From Octopus sinensis (Eukaryota): a stretch of DNA of 64,000 bases. Both the position numbers and the translations under genes were made by a program. The DNA lies in the NCBI RefSeq assembly GCF_006345805.1, contig NC_043014.1, positions 48,856,001 through 48,920,000 on the forward strand, in the 5' to 3' direction. The notes under the pieces are model-generated. The model had not been told where the DNA came from, did not search any database, and was given only the letters and a program-made list of their open reading frames with translations. Shown one piece after another: positions 37,010 to 49,544 of the stretch; position 1 is the first letter of the stretch, and every line of letters begins with the position of its first letter.

Positions 37010-40000
37010 CCCTATATACACAGCCAATAATACATACAACCAACAATAAATACATTCAGCTACATATACACCCAATAATATAGACATCCAACAATATACA
37101 CACCCAACAATATACACCAAAAATTTATATACACTGGAATTTTTACACCCAATAATATATATTTCTAATGATTTAAACACCCAACAATATATACACCTAA
37201 TAATATATACACTCAATAAGGCGGCAAACTGGCAGAAATATTAGCATGCTGGGTGAAATGCTTAGCGGTATTTCGGCAGTCTTTACATTTTGAGTTCAAA
37301 TTCTGTTGAGGTTGACTTTGCTTTTCATCCTTTCGGGGTCGATATATTAAGTACCAGTTGTGTACTGAGATCGATCTAATTGATTGTCCCCTCCCCCAAA
37401 ATTTTGGGCCTTGTGTCTAGAGTAGGAAAGAATATATACACTCAACAATATATACCCAACAATATTTACACCCAATAATATATACACCAAGCAATCTATA
37501 CATAGAAGAATTATACACCCAATAATCATTATTATTTATGTCCTTAATTAACTTTGTTCTTTTTCCTCTCTCTCCGTTTCTTTCCTCAAGTTCTCCATTA
37601 TTCCATGAAATGCAACTACTGCTTCATAAAGCCAGTCAAAAACCGTCAAATCGTCAGCAATAATTGGTTCTCTGTCCATTACTTAAGCATTTCTACCGTC
37701 AATAAACAGCAGAGTGTCATCAACGTCACAGAACAAGATGTGAAGACAGACAATTTGAATTTTGATGAGCATGTGGATATTTTCAAAAAGAAATCTTTCA
37801 GAGAATTGTTAAGGTCTTATCTAATATTTGGTTTGTGCTCCAGTGATTTGTTGGTCTCGAAGAGTGGCTGGGTTTGTAAATCCTTTTCTTATTAATATAA
37901 TATATTCTTATTACACTTGCATAGCCCCAGGTTGGCTGCCCTTCCCAATGCCAGCCAGTTTACAGAGTGGACTGGCTAACTTTTCACATGGCATCAGTAC
38001 TGGTGAGGTCTGCTTTAACATGGTTTTTATGGCCAGATGCCCTTCCTAATGCCAAGCAGTTTACAGAGCAGATTGGGTGCTTACCATGTGGTACCAGCAC
38101 CAACGAAGTCTGCTATAAATACGCACACATATATACATAAATACATCCATCCATACATAGTGCATATATGCCTATGTATGTGAGTATGTATGTATGTATG
38201 TATGTATGCATGGATGTATGTATGTATGTATGCATGCATATATGTATGTAAGCATGTATGTGTGTATGTATGTATGAATATATTCTTTGCTGATGTATTT
38301 TGCCAAAGATTGTAAGCGTCGATGAGAAATGAAAAACTGTTGCTCTTCACAGCAAATCCCTTTCTAATATAGATCTAATAACATTAAATTTCCCTGATTA
38401 CAAAATAAAATAAATGAATCCAAATGATTCTAGGTTCTTCTTTGTTTTGGAGATTCTCCAGAATTTCCTTTGGTGTGGTGTGTTTTAGGTGACCCCTGAT
38501 GGATGACAAATCCTTGTAATTGAATCTGTTGAAGATGGATGTTTAGCGGTAAAGTTTAACCTATGATAACTTATAAAGAATACGGTAACCGACAAGAAAG
38601 ATGGTAACTGATAAAGAATTGATGGAAAAACATATTAATTCTATTTTCAGCTTCTTCGTACGGGAGAAAGAATCTTGGGAGAAAGATTAATGAGTGTAAT
38701 TCTAAAACCAACTTTATATGGTCAGTTTGTGGCTGGAGAAACTAGACCTGAGATTGAGAAAACCACAACATCTCTGAAAGCTGCAGGAATCGGTTCTTTA
38801 CTTGGAATGCCAATGGAACAAGATGCTGATGATAATGCTGGGTTTGCTAATAAATTGATTTCTTCTATCTCCTTCTCTTCTTCCTCCTTCCCTTTGTTCT
38901 CTCTCTTCCTTCTCCTTCACAAGTTCCATTCTTAGTTAAGTTTATCTAATTCCACTGTCCAAAATAGCAGTGGTCAAAAGTATCTTTTATCTTTTACTTG
39001 TTTCAGTCTGGCCATGCTGGGACACTGACTTGAAGAATTTTTTAGATAAAAAACTGACCCCCACTACTTATTTTTTTTGAAGCCTGGTTCTTATTCTATC
39101 AGTCTATTTTGCTGTGGGCCCTTGTAACTATTCTGTTTTAAAAAATCCTTTTGTAATTTTATAATAAAATATTATAAGAAATTGTATTACAAAACTGTTA
39201 AAATATTCCGTGCATTGTGGAAGAATTACCAATTTATTGGGAATGTGAAGGTGCATGGCTCAGTGGTTAGAGTGTTGGGCTCAGAATCATGAGGTAGTGA
39301 GTTCAAATCCCAGACTGGGTTGTGTGTTGTGTTCTTCAGCAAGACACTTTATTTTCATGTAGCTCCAGTTCATTCAGCTGTAGAAATGAGTTGTGACATC
39401 ACTGGTGCCAAACTGTGTCGGCCCCTTTGCCTTTCTCTTGGATAACATCAGTGGTGTGGAGAGGGGAGGTTGGTATGCATGAGCAACTGCTGGTCTTCCA
39501 TAAACAACCTTGCCCGGACTTGTGCCTCGGAGGGGAACTTTCTAGGTGTAATTCCATGGTTGTTCATGATTGAAGGGGGGTCTTTAACCAATTTGTTGCA
39601 CATAAACTTTAACAACGAAATTTTATTTGGACCCCTTAATGTCATATATACACCTGTTGCAAGCCACTGATCAAACTCAATCAGTCTCTATGACTGGCAT
39701 TTCATTTTATCAACTCCAGAAGAACGAAAGTCTTTGTCTCCTCTTGTAATTCCATTCACATCCATTCACAATAAATACGTCAATGTATTCCTTATTTCAC
39801 TAAGTACCATAAGGAGATATCATAATAGAAAATCATTATTTCAATGGTATTGGGTTGTCTGGAAAGTTCGTGCCATTTTTAAAGGAAAGAAAAAGGTCAA
39901 TAAATACTTTATTACATTTTTAATCAACCAAATATGAACCATTTTGTTGCACAATGCATCTCCATCTTTCCTTTAACTTGAAAATACCCTCTTCCCAGAA

Positions 40001-42091
40001 TTGAGGTAGTTTCCTGGCAAAGAATTCACCAAGGTGTCTTTTTACGTCATCCAAGGAATTGAAATTTTTACTGTGCTCTAAATGTAGGTGTAGTCAGATC
40101 CTATTTTATGGACTCAACCATCATCTAAAAATAAGTTGAAAGATAAGCTACTGTAAATCGGCACAAACTTTCCGAACAACCAAATTCTTTAATGAATCTG
40201 GGGAAGATGAAAGATAAAGTTAGCCAAAATCTTCTCTTATAATTTCATCCACAATTATGATAGTTTACAGGAAAATTAACTCTACCCAAGAATTTTACTG
40301 GTACTTTATTTTATTGACCCTTGGGAAAGATAAAAAAAAAGGGGGCAACATTAATCAAGGTGGGATTTGAACTCTACTTTGTATATTTGACTGTAACTTT
40401 ACCAATATTGACTCCAATTAGGGAGAGACATAACTGGTATGAGAAAAACTTTAAAATAATGATGGATGCCATCGACCTCGTCTATGAATTGGACAAAGAA
40501 TTTCCTATGACCCATGCCAAAGTGACTGCTTTAATGCCAACAGACATATTGGTAAGTACACAACTAACATCACTGATGTATGTTGCTGCTGTTGTTGTTT
40601 TTGTTATTTAGCCCAAGGTTGGTCCTGAAAGAGTATATAGACTACAGGTACAAAGCATCCCAGATGTGGTTACCCAGTCTCCGCACTTCATATGCACACA
40701 CATTATGTATCTAGGAATATATCATTTAATGTGTCTTAGATTTTCAGACTCTTTGGTTACTATTACTAGCAAATGGAGTGACTGCATTGAGGATCTCTTA
40801 AACAACTGGACATAACTATTTAGCCATAGATCTGCCCTAATCAAGCAGACTTTTATAATCAAAGTCACTCCACTTGTGCCTGACTTATTCTGTCACAGTG
40901 TATCCCGGACTACTATATCCAATGTGACTGTCCTTCCTATTGCCGTTGTCATTTAGCATTTAGCTCCAGGTTTACCCTTAGTCATACAGACCTCTAAACA
41001 GAGGTTTTCCATTCATGGCCATCTCCCTTCGCTTCCTCAGATATTTTATCTTTTATCTTTTCTGGCACAAACACTTTTTCAAACTTCTTCCTAGGTGACC
41101 ATATCCAATCTATTTCCTAAACCAACAGAACATCCAGAAGTTCTGATGCATATAGCAGAATGTATGAAAACTGGACAAAAAGTAAGTTGACCATCATTCA
41201 TCATTATTATCATTATTGTTGTTGTTGTTGTTGTGTTGTTGTTGTTGTAGAGTGAGAGAGCAGTGCAGGCCATCAAAGTGACATTGGGGTAAAATATACG
41301 AAGCCCAGTATACCCATCATGACTACCCGTCTAATAAGAGTATACTAGGTACATGCATCACAACCATAAGTGCGTAACATGGTCACCTCATATCAAAATA
41401 AACAGCACATGACCTTGCAGGTGGGGCCCAGTTAGAATTTTCTTCTGGTCAAGTAGCCCATCCCACTCAAAAGGTCCCTGAATGAGGATTGTTTAAGGAT
41501 GTTGGATGGTCAGTTATCCAAACCTCTAAGTATTCCTTTCAACACATGGCTATGTTGCTCTCCCACTACTTTTGCTCGTGGTCAGAGATGCACATATTGT
41601 CAGCCACTAAGGGACATGCTCAACTGGTTAAGGCCAAGACAAGCAAATATTCTGTGGTATTGAGCAGAATATTTGCTGTAGCCCATCTTTTATACCAAGA
41701 CAAAACAATGTACATGATAACACTTCTAATCAGTTAAGATCAGAAGCCACGAGAGCCACTGCCTGGTACTGCATCAGGGCATTTATTATTATTATTATTA
41801 TTATTCAGTAGTTTTATTTTTATAGCGTGCTTTCACTTCACTACCGAGCGCAGCTCTGTGTGCCTTGGGTATGTGCTGTGATTTGTTGTGATGCTCTGAT
41901 GGTTATTGTATGGAAAGTGTTCTGCGTAGGATGTGTGCATTGCCTAGTAGTGCAATTTTCTGTATGTTATATGTGTTTGTAAGTCCTGGTGTTTTTGTTA
42001 TGTATTTGTCTGAATATTTTTTTATCATGCCTAATGCACCTACTATGATAGGAATTGTTTCTGTTTTCAGGTTCCACATTCTAGTTACCTA

Positions 42092-42130
<39 letters not shown>

Positions 42131-45100
42131 GATGATGATGATGGTGTTGTTTTGACTCAGGTTCATTCTTATTTCTGGTAGGATTTATGTGAGTAGTGGG
42201 TTACTACCTGCAACCTTCAGCATCCACAAGCTTTCAATAGTCTTTCAGGAGCTTAAAGCCCTCCTAATAATCTTTCCCATCCCCAAGAGGCAAACTTTGT
42301 GTAGAAGCTCCACAAGACATTCCGTTTCAATCTCCTTCAACCTTTAGTCTCTATCTTCACTCACAGTTCCTAAATGCACCAGGAACACAGGGCAGGCATT
42401 GTCATGTAATGTTATTGTTCAACACAATTTCCTGTCTTCTTGGGTTAAAAATCGATTTTTTAAAAATATTTTTATTGATTTAGTTGAAAATAGATGGACT
42501 CAACACTGCACAACTTGAAGAATTGCAGGAAGCTTTGTACAAATTACGGAGAATTGGGGAGGTAAGCTCTGGTTTTTTCACATATTTATATATTTATTAT
42601 CTATTATGTTGTTGCTGTTTAACCCTTGAACTGATAAAACTGACTCTGTTTTCTATATATATATACCTTTGGCACTCTGTCAGTTACCACGACGAGGGTT
42701 CCAGTTGATCCAATCAGTGGAACAGCCTGCTTGTGAAATTAACATGCAAATGGCCGAGCACTCCACAGACATATGTACCCTTAACTTATGTGCCGGTGGC
42801 ATGTAAAGAGCACCCACTACACTCACGGAGTGGTTGGTGTTAGGAAGGGCATCCAGCTGTAGAAACACTGCCAGATTGGATTGGAGCCTGGTGCAGCCTC
42901 CTGGCTTCCCAGACCCCGGTCAAACCATCCAACCCATGCTAGCATGAAAAATGGACGTTAAACGAGGATGATGATGATATATGTGTGTGTGTGTGAAAGA
43001 TCCTGGTACCAAACTTTTGCATCAAATGATATGCTAACCCCATAGACACTGCCTTGTGTTAAAAGTCCCAACCACTCTGTCTACAGTAAGGATCAGGTAC
43101 TGCAATAGCTCAGATTCCAAGGGCCCACAGCTGTTTAATATCCTGTCAAAAAACCTGAGGGATCTATATGGAAAAGAGAGTAGACATTGTCAAAAAGAGC
43201 ATTGACTTCCTACTGTCCAAGATCCCAGATGAGTCTCTATCACAGCAAGAAACTCAAATGGGGGCAGCATGTCAAATTCCTTCATTCATCAAAAGCCAAC
43301 CACTTAAGAATGGCCATTGTAAAGCTGATGGAAATGGTAGTTCTCCAGCATGGCCATAGCTTTTGGGGTGGAACACATCAAGGAATAAATGTGTGTGTGT
43401 GTCTGTCTGTCTCTGTCTGTGTTTGTCCCCCATCACCTCTTGACAACTGGTGGTGGTTTGTTTACATTCTTGTAACTTAGCAATTTAACAAAAAGATACT
43501 TATAGAATATGAGGCCTAAAAAAATAGGTCCTAGGTTGATCAACCCTTCACAAGGCAGTGCTCCAGCATGTCCACGGTCCAATTACTGAAATAATTAAAA
43601 GACATAAGATCTCTATGGTCAAATCTAGATTTGTTTGTTTCTCTGTTTTTCTTTTCTTCACAGTATGCTGTTGAGAAAGATGTGATCTTCATGTTTGATG
43701 CTGAACACACCTATGTCAATCCTGGTCTTAATATTCTCACCCTTGCCATGATGCTCAATTATAATCATTCCAAACCATTGATATTCTTCACCTACCAAAG
43801 CTATCTCAAGGTATGGACTCTTTCGTTCATTCAGTTATTCTTTCCTTCCTTCATATGATTTATCTGTTTTTCCAATAGGCGCAGGAGTGGCCGTGTGGTA
43901 AGTAGCTTGCTAACCAACCACATGGTTCCGGGTTCAGTCCCACTGCGTGGCATCTTGGGCAAGTGTCTTCTGCTATAGCCCCGGGCCGACCAATGCCTTG
44001 TGAGTGGATTTGGTAGACGGAAACTGAAAGAAGCCCGTCGTATATATGTATATATATGTATGTGTGTGTGTTTGTGTGTCTGTGTTTGTTCCCCTAGCAT
44101 TGCTTGACAACCGATGCTGGTGTGTTTACGTCCCCGTCACTTAGCGGTTCGGCAAAAAGAGACCGATAGAATAAGTACTGGGCTTACAAAAAGAATAAGT
44201 CCCGGGGTCGAGTTGCTCGACTAAAGGCGGTGCTCCAGCATGGCCGCAGTCAAATGACTGAAACAAGTAAAAGAGTAAAGAGTAAAGAGTAAGCATGGGT
44301 CAAATGACTTTGGCATCAAAGCATTTGCTTTACAGTTAGATGTTTTGAAAATAACACTTGTCCCCTAATTTCTTGGCTCTGCCCCTACCCTCTAAATTAT
44401 TCAAAGCAAGAATTATTTTAAATATTTCTCGATTTTTAGGGATCAACTGATAACTTGGAACAAGATTTAAATTTTGTTCTGAAACATGGAGTGAAATTAG
44501 GAGCCAAGGTTGTGCGAGGGGCATACATGGACCTTGAAAGGGCTCGAGCCCTAAAACAGGGCTATGCCGACCCGGTCAATGACACATATAAGGAAACATG
44601 TTGGAGATATGAAACTAATGTGGAGAAGATGTTGAAAAAGATAGCGAAATATCCACAAAATTATCGAATGATGATTGCAACACACAACGAGGAAAGTATC
44701 AAGAAATTATATAAAAAGTAGGGTTTTTTTATTTTATACATGGTTGTTGTTGCTGTTGTTGTTGTTGTTGTAACTGTTGATTTTGTTGTTTGATTTGTTG
44801 TTCTGAATGTTACTGTTGTTGTTTTTGTTGCTGCTGCTGCTGCTGTTGCTGTTGTTGTAGTTGTTGTTGTCATGGTGGTGGTTGTGGTGGTGGCGGCGAC
44901 GGTGGTGGTGGCGGTGGCGACGGTGGTGGTGGCGGCGGCGACGGTGGTGGCGGCAGTGGCGGTAGTTGTGGTGGTTGTGATGGTGATGGTGGTGGTGGCG
45001 GCAGTGGCAACGGTGGTGGCGGCGGCGGCGACGGTGGTGGTGGCGGCGGCGACGGTGATGGCGGCAGTGACGGTAGTTGTGGTGGTTGTGATGGTGATGG

Positions 45101-47161
45101 TGGTGGTAATTCTTGCTATTACTGCTGCTCTTGTTGTTTTCTACAGTTCCTACATCTGGAACCGTGCTGTTGCTAAATTCACAGACATGCCAAACCAATA
45201 GTGGAATAAAATTCCCATATCTGGAACTTTCCTGTTGTTACTCACAGACATTCTAGACCCAATCCAAAGAAAGACCGCCTGACTCACAGACATGAAGTCA
45301 CTCCCCAACATCCTCTGACCCTTTTCTCTAAAGACATACTGTGTCTCCTCTTTCTGTTGCTTCTACCATTACTACAGTGGTCCCTGTTCCATGGAACTAG
45401 TTGAGCCTACATCTTCTTCATTCAAGCATTCCTGAGTTCCTTCCTCTCATCACCTGTATTGTCATCCCTCCCTTCTTTGGTCCCATATTAACTCCCACAC
45501 CCAGTCCCTTTCTCCAACCAGAATTTCTTCCCAGTGGGATTCCTTCCCGGGCCATTTGCTTGGCATGCCAACGATTCTGTCATTTCACTGCCTTATGAAA
45601 AAGAACAGTAATCACATTGCTCTCCCTGGTCTCAGAGGACCTATAATGGGTCACAAATATGGCATCTTCCTCAAGATCAAGCCAATAAAAGAACTGTTGT
45701 GATCAGTCTTGATCTGACAGAGCTATGACCAAAGTCATTCAAGTTCTCTGACCAACCTGGTTTTTATTCAGATACAGACTATCAAAAACTTCGATAGCCA
45801 AAATATCCTTCATTTTCTTAAGATGGTGAAACAATCAAATGCCTTCCAATAGTGACCATTTCATCTATTTCTATCTCAAAGACTTCACTCTCTAACATGT
45901 TTTTCATCACTTAAAATCATAGGTTGTGGCTTGAGTCTGAAGACAGTGTACCATCTTTATCCCTCTCTATTTCCCATCAGTCTTAGAATCCCAGAAAGGG
46001 GTTATAAGCAGTTTTTTTTCTTCCATTTACAATTTTAAAAACTCTTGTTGTAAATTCACCATTTCCAAAAATCATATTTTCAACATTATGTTAGCCATGC
46101 TCCAAGAGTTGGCAGTTGCGCATGAGGATTATAATTTAGTATATAAATTAATAAAATCTAATTCGGTTAAAGTATTCAGGTTAATCTAATTAGGTTAAAC
46201 AACCACATGACTAATAGACTTGATTCCTTGTCTAGTTTAATACCCTTCCTATTATTTTGAAATTTGGCAATGGGGGCTCGTTGATTACATTGACCCAGTA
46301 TATATATATATTCCTTCATTCCAAGAGAGATATTCTTCATCCAATTATCTCAGGTAATTTCAAACAAATTTTTTGTGTCTGGTAACAAGCAATCAATCAA
46401 AATATATACTGCAGTCACCTATATATCATCTTTAATGTATGTATACACTATTCATAGGCCAGTTACTGCAGTATATACCTTGAGATAACATCTCTTAGGG
46501 ATGTGCTGTGTTAAAAGCACAATAAATACCCTCTACAAGAGATGTTATCTCAGCGTGTATATATTATGTACAATATATAGACAACTATTTTAAGTTAATA
46601 CTGCCTCAATTGTATACACCAGATTTTTATTCAGCTCAGTGGCTATTTGCAACATCAGTGGATGTTTTACTAACTGTTTCCAATATTGGAGGTGATGAAT
46701 TGTTGCCTGAGAATATTGCTGGCTATGAGTACACACCATTGACAAGGCCCCCAAAAAATGAAATGCATCTGGCATTATCATTGGCTGCTGTTGAGGCAAA
46801 TGTTCATCTCAGTCTAATATTTAATGTGTCTTAATACACCTTGCCCATAAATAACTGGCCTATTGACTGTTTGTGTATACATTAAGTATGATACATAGAT
46901 TGCTGTATTAATTTAATTTTACCTCAATTTCATATAGCAGATTTATATTGTAGAATATATTATTTCCATTGATATTTTCCTCTTGTTCCAGAGTAGAAGA
47001 ACATGGTGTTGATAGAAGGAATGGAACGGTATTTTTCGCCCAGATCTTTGGAATGGGTGACCATATATCATTTACTTTAGGTAAGATTCCATGTAGGGTC
47101 TTAAAATAAAGGTATCGTAGCTAACATTGTATGTGCATGTGTTTATGCATATATGTATGTA

Positions 47162-47203
<42 letters not shown>

Positions 47204-48825
47204 CATGCATATATATTTGTGTATATATACATATATATACATGTGTGTATGTGTGTGTGTATGTGTGTGTGTGTGCATGTGTGTGTGCATGCGTACATGC
47301 ATGTATATATGTATGTCTGAAAATATGTATTTTTTGCTGTGTGTGTATGTATGCATGTGTGTAGACATATACACTTATATATATGTTTTTTAAATGTACT
47401 GCTTATAAAAAATTTTTATGTGGTTTGCAGTTTCCAGATATTCTGTTTGCCCACACTCCATTTTCGCATTCATATACATATATATTCATATATATATTCA
47501 TATACATTCATATATACATTCATATATTCATATACATTCATATTCATATACATATATATTCATATATATATTCATATACATTCATATATACATTCATATA
47601 TTCATATACATTCATATTCATATATATATATATTCATATATATATTCATATACATTCATATACATTCATATATACATTCATATATTCATATACATTCATA
47701 TTCATATACATATATATTCATATATATATATATCTATATATATGTATATATATATATTTTACACATATTTATAAAATAACATTTTTTGAAAACATTATTG
47801 CCTCATCTTTTTGTTTTTTCTTTTCATCATTTTTCCTCCTCTTTGTTTATTTACACTTTATATCTTTATATATTTGTATTTTTTTTCTCATGTAAATTCT
47901 ATAGGTAGCTTTTATTATTCCCTGGTTGACCTTTTACTGATTTCTTAGTGAGTAAGAATAATTTATCTAAATTAGCTATCTAGGATTTTTATCCTATCGG
48001 TTATCTCGTACTATCACCATGATGTCTTAATGTAAAGGAATCTTATCACTAATCCTCTCCACTTCCCCTTCCTATCTATCTAGCATCCTTCTATTTCCAC
48101 TTAATGACATCTACCGTATAAACACATGTCGTATCTACCCTATAAACAGGGCAACCTACCCACTAACTGTTGCTTTCATTGGTCATTTGATTTTGATTTT
48201 GTCTTTGTTTAGTTTTTTTTTTCTTTTTTAAACTCACCCATTCCTGTTGTGGCTATTTTGATTATTCATGTGTTCATCACCATGTGACAATGTAAACAAC
48301 TTAGAGATAACAGAACCTGAAGATTAGCTAAGTTGGTTCTATATATGTTACAGTGTATGTAACAAGCATTGCTTTAGCTATGAAACAATCGTAGTCTGTG
48401 CTTCGCCTGTTCCATTCCTTATATTCTCAGATTCTTATTATACATTTTTAGCAATGCTAGTTGCTAAACTTTGAGCTGTACGGTGACTGTCAGCTTCTCA
48501 AATTTTTTTTATTATTTCAATATGAGATGAAGTGTGTCACAATGTTTTAACACTCAAGCACACACACACATATACACATACTTATATATACATACATATT
48601 GGTGTCATTGTAGGATGTGTTGTTACTGACAGTGTTTTTGTTCCACTTCCAGGAGACAGTGATGTCCTTATCTACAAAGCGCTACCGTATGGTCCTGTTA
48701 ATGAAACATTAGCATACTTGGTACGTCGGTTGCAGGAGAACAAAGCCATTTTGAAAGGAGCCAGGCGTGAGCAGAAACTGGTTGAGCAGTCTTTAAAGGG
48801 TCGACTTACCTTCTGGAAAAACTAA
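33554..48825 (+). CDS. PRODH2: Hydroxyproline/proline dehydrogenase (PRODH2-type), copy 2; 10 exons, ~493 aa
   Basis: Same exon lengths and phases as copy 1, no stops or frameshifts seen, ~22 aa differences counted by eye. Confidence 0.9.
37591..37871 (+). CDS. PRODH2: PRODH2 copy 2 exon 2
   Basis: Paralog of 17590-17870. Confidence 0.85.
38651..38841 (+). CDS. PRODH2: PRODH2 copy 2 exon 3
   Basis: YGQFVAGET. Confidence 0.9.
39850..40185 (-). mobile_element. Internally deleted mariner (copy-2 intron only)
   Basis: TIRs TTGGGTTGTCTGGAAAGTTCGTGCC / GGCACAAACTTTCCGAACAACCAAA; C-terminal transposase remnant [13 protein letters not shown]; empty site at ~21588. Confidence 0.75.
40422..40551 (+). 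CDS. PRODH2: PRODH2 copy 2 exon 4
   Basis: WYEKN...HAKVTAL. Confidence 0.9.
41095..41181 (+). CDS. PRODH2: PRODH2 copy 2 exon 5
   Basis: Paralog of 22231-22317. Confidence 0.85.
41805..42092 (-). mobile_element. R4/Dong-like RLE LINE 3' fragment in (TAA)n
   Basis: [17 protein letters not shown]...[18 protein letters not shown], flanked by ATT repeats. Confidence 0.7.
42484..42561 (+). CDS. PRODH2: PRODH2 copy 2 exon 6
   Basis: Paralog of 23723-23800, GTAAGC donor. Confidence 0.85.
43664..43810 (+). CDS. PRODH2: PRODH2 copy 2 exon 7
   Basis: FDAEHTY...TYQSYLK. Confidence 0.9.
43878..44292 (+). mobile_element. Full-length tRNA-derived SINE, family B (other copies 4970-5365-, 7747-7915+, 13700-14010-, 25990-26445+, 53025-53410-)
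   Basis: A/B-box head GGCGCAGGAGTGGCCGTGTGG..GGTTCAGTCCC, internal (TG)n, (GAGTAAA)n tail; absent at the unit-1 site ~25010. Confidence 0.85.
44440..44717 (+). CDS. PRODH2: PRODH2 copy 2 exon 8
   Basis: KVVRGAY, ATHN. Confidence 0.9.
46992..47080 (+). CDS. PRODH2: PRODH2 copy 2 exon 9
   Basis: [18 protein letters not shown]. Confidence 0.9.
48653..48825 (+). CDS. PRODH2: PRODH2 copy 2 exon 10 (last)
   Basis: YKALPYG...RRLQEN, TAA stop. Confidence 0.9.
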
Positions 48826-49163
48826 TCAAGCATTTATAAACCACACACACACACACATGCAAATATATTTTTTTATCTTTTAATTTTTTATTTTTTACTT
48901 GTTTCAGTTATTAGACTGTGGCCATGCTGGGGCACTGATCCTGGGGAATTTTAGTCAACTTAATCGAACCCAGAGCTTATTTTAAGCCTGGTATTTATTC
49001 TATTGGTCTCTTTTGCCAAACCACTAAGCTAAGGGGACATAAACACACCAACACCGGTTTTCAAACAGTTGTTGGAGAGAAACACAGAAACACATAGACA
49101 CATGTATGTGTATGTATATATATATATATATATATATGTAAGTATGTATATATCGTCATCATC

Positions 49164-49215
<52 letters not shown>

Positions 49216-49382
49216 AGTAGTTGAATGAATTATCTTATTAAGGATAATTCGAATTAACCGATACCTGGGTAGCAAATTCACATCAGAAAAAACACGGTTG
49301 AAGTTACGTTATCGCTATGGGCTCCGTGTGAGCAAAATCTAAAAGTTTTTTCTGCATCTTGATGTTGACATAATTTCCTTGC

Positions 49383-49465
49383 TTTTCCTGATGAGAAAGC
49401 GGCATAATGTACTCCTTATTCCTTCGCAATTAGGAATATGGAGCCTTCGAAACATATGTCGAAAA
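49383..49465 (+). ncRNA. Minimal type-I hammerhead ribozyme motif (Penelope-type) within a ~300-bp element 49212-49510 flanked by (TA)n
   Basis: Stem I TTTTC/GAAAA, core CTGATGA, stem II GAAAGC..GCCTTC, GAAAC-ATAT-GTC; predicted cut at 49460/49461. Confidence 0.6.
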
Positions 49466-49508
49466 TAAAGGAATTTTGTTAATTCGTCGTTCAGCTCCAT
49501 TCTTCATA

Positions 49509-49544
<36 letters not shown>

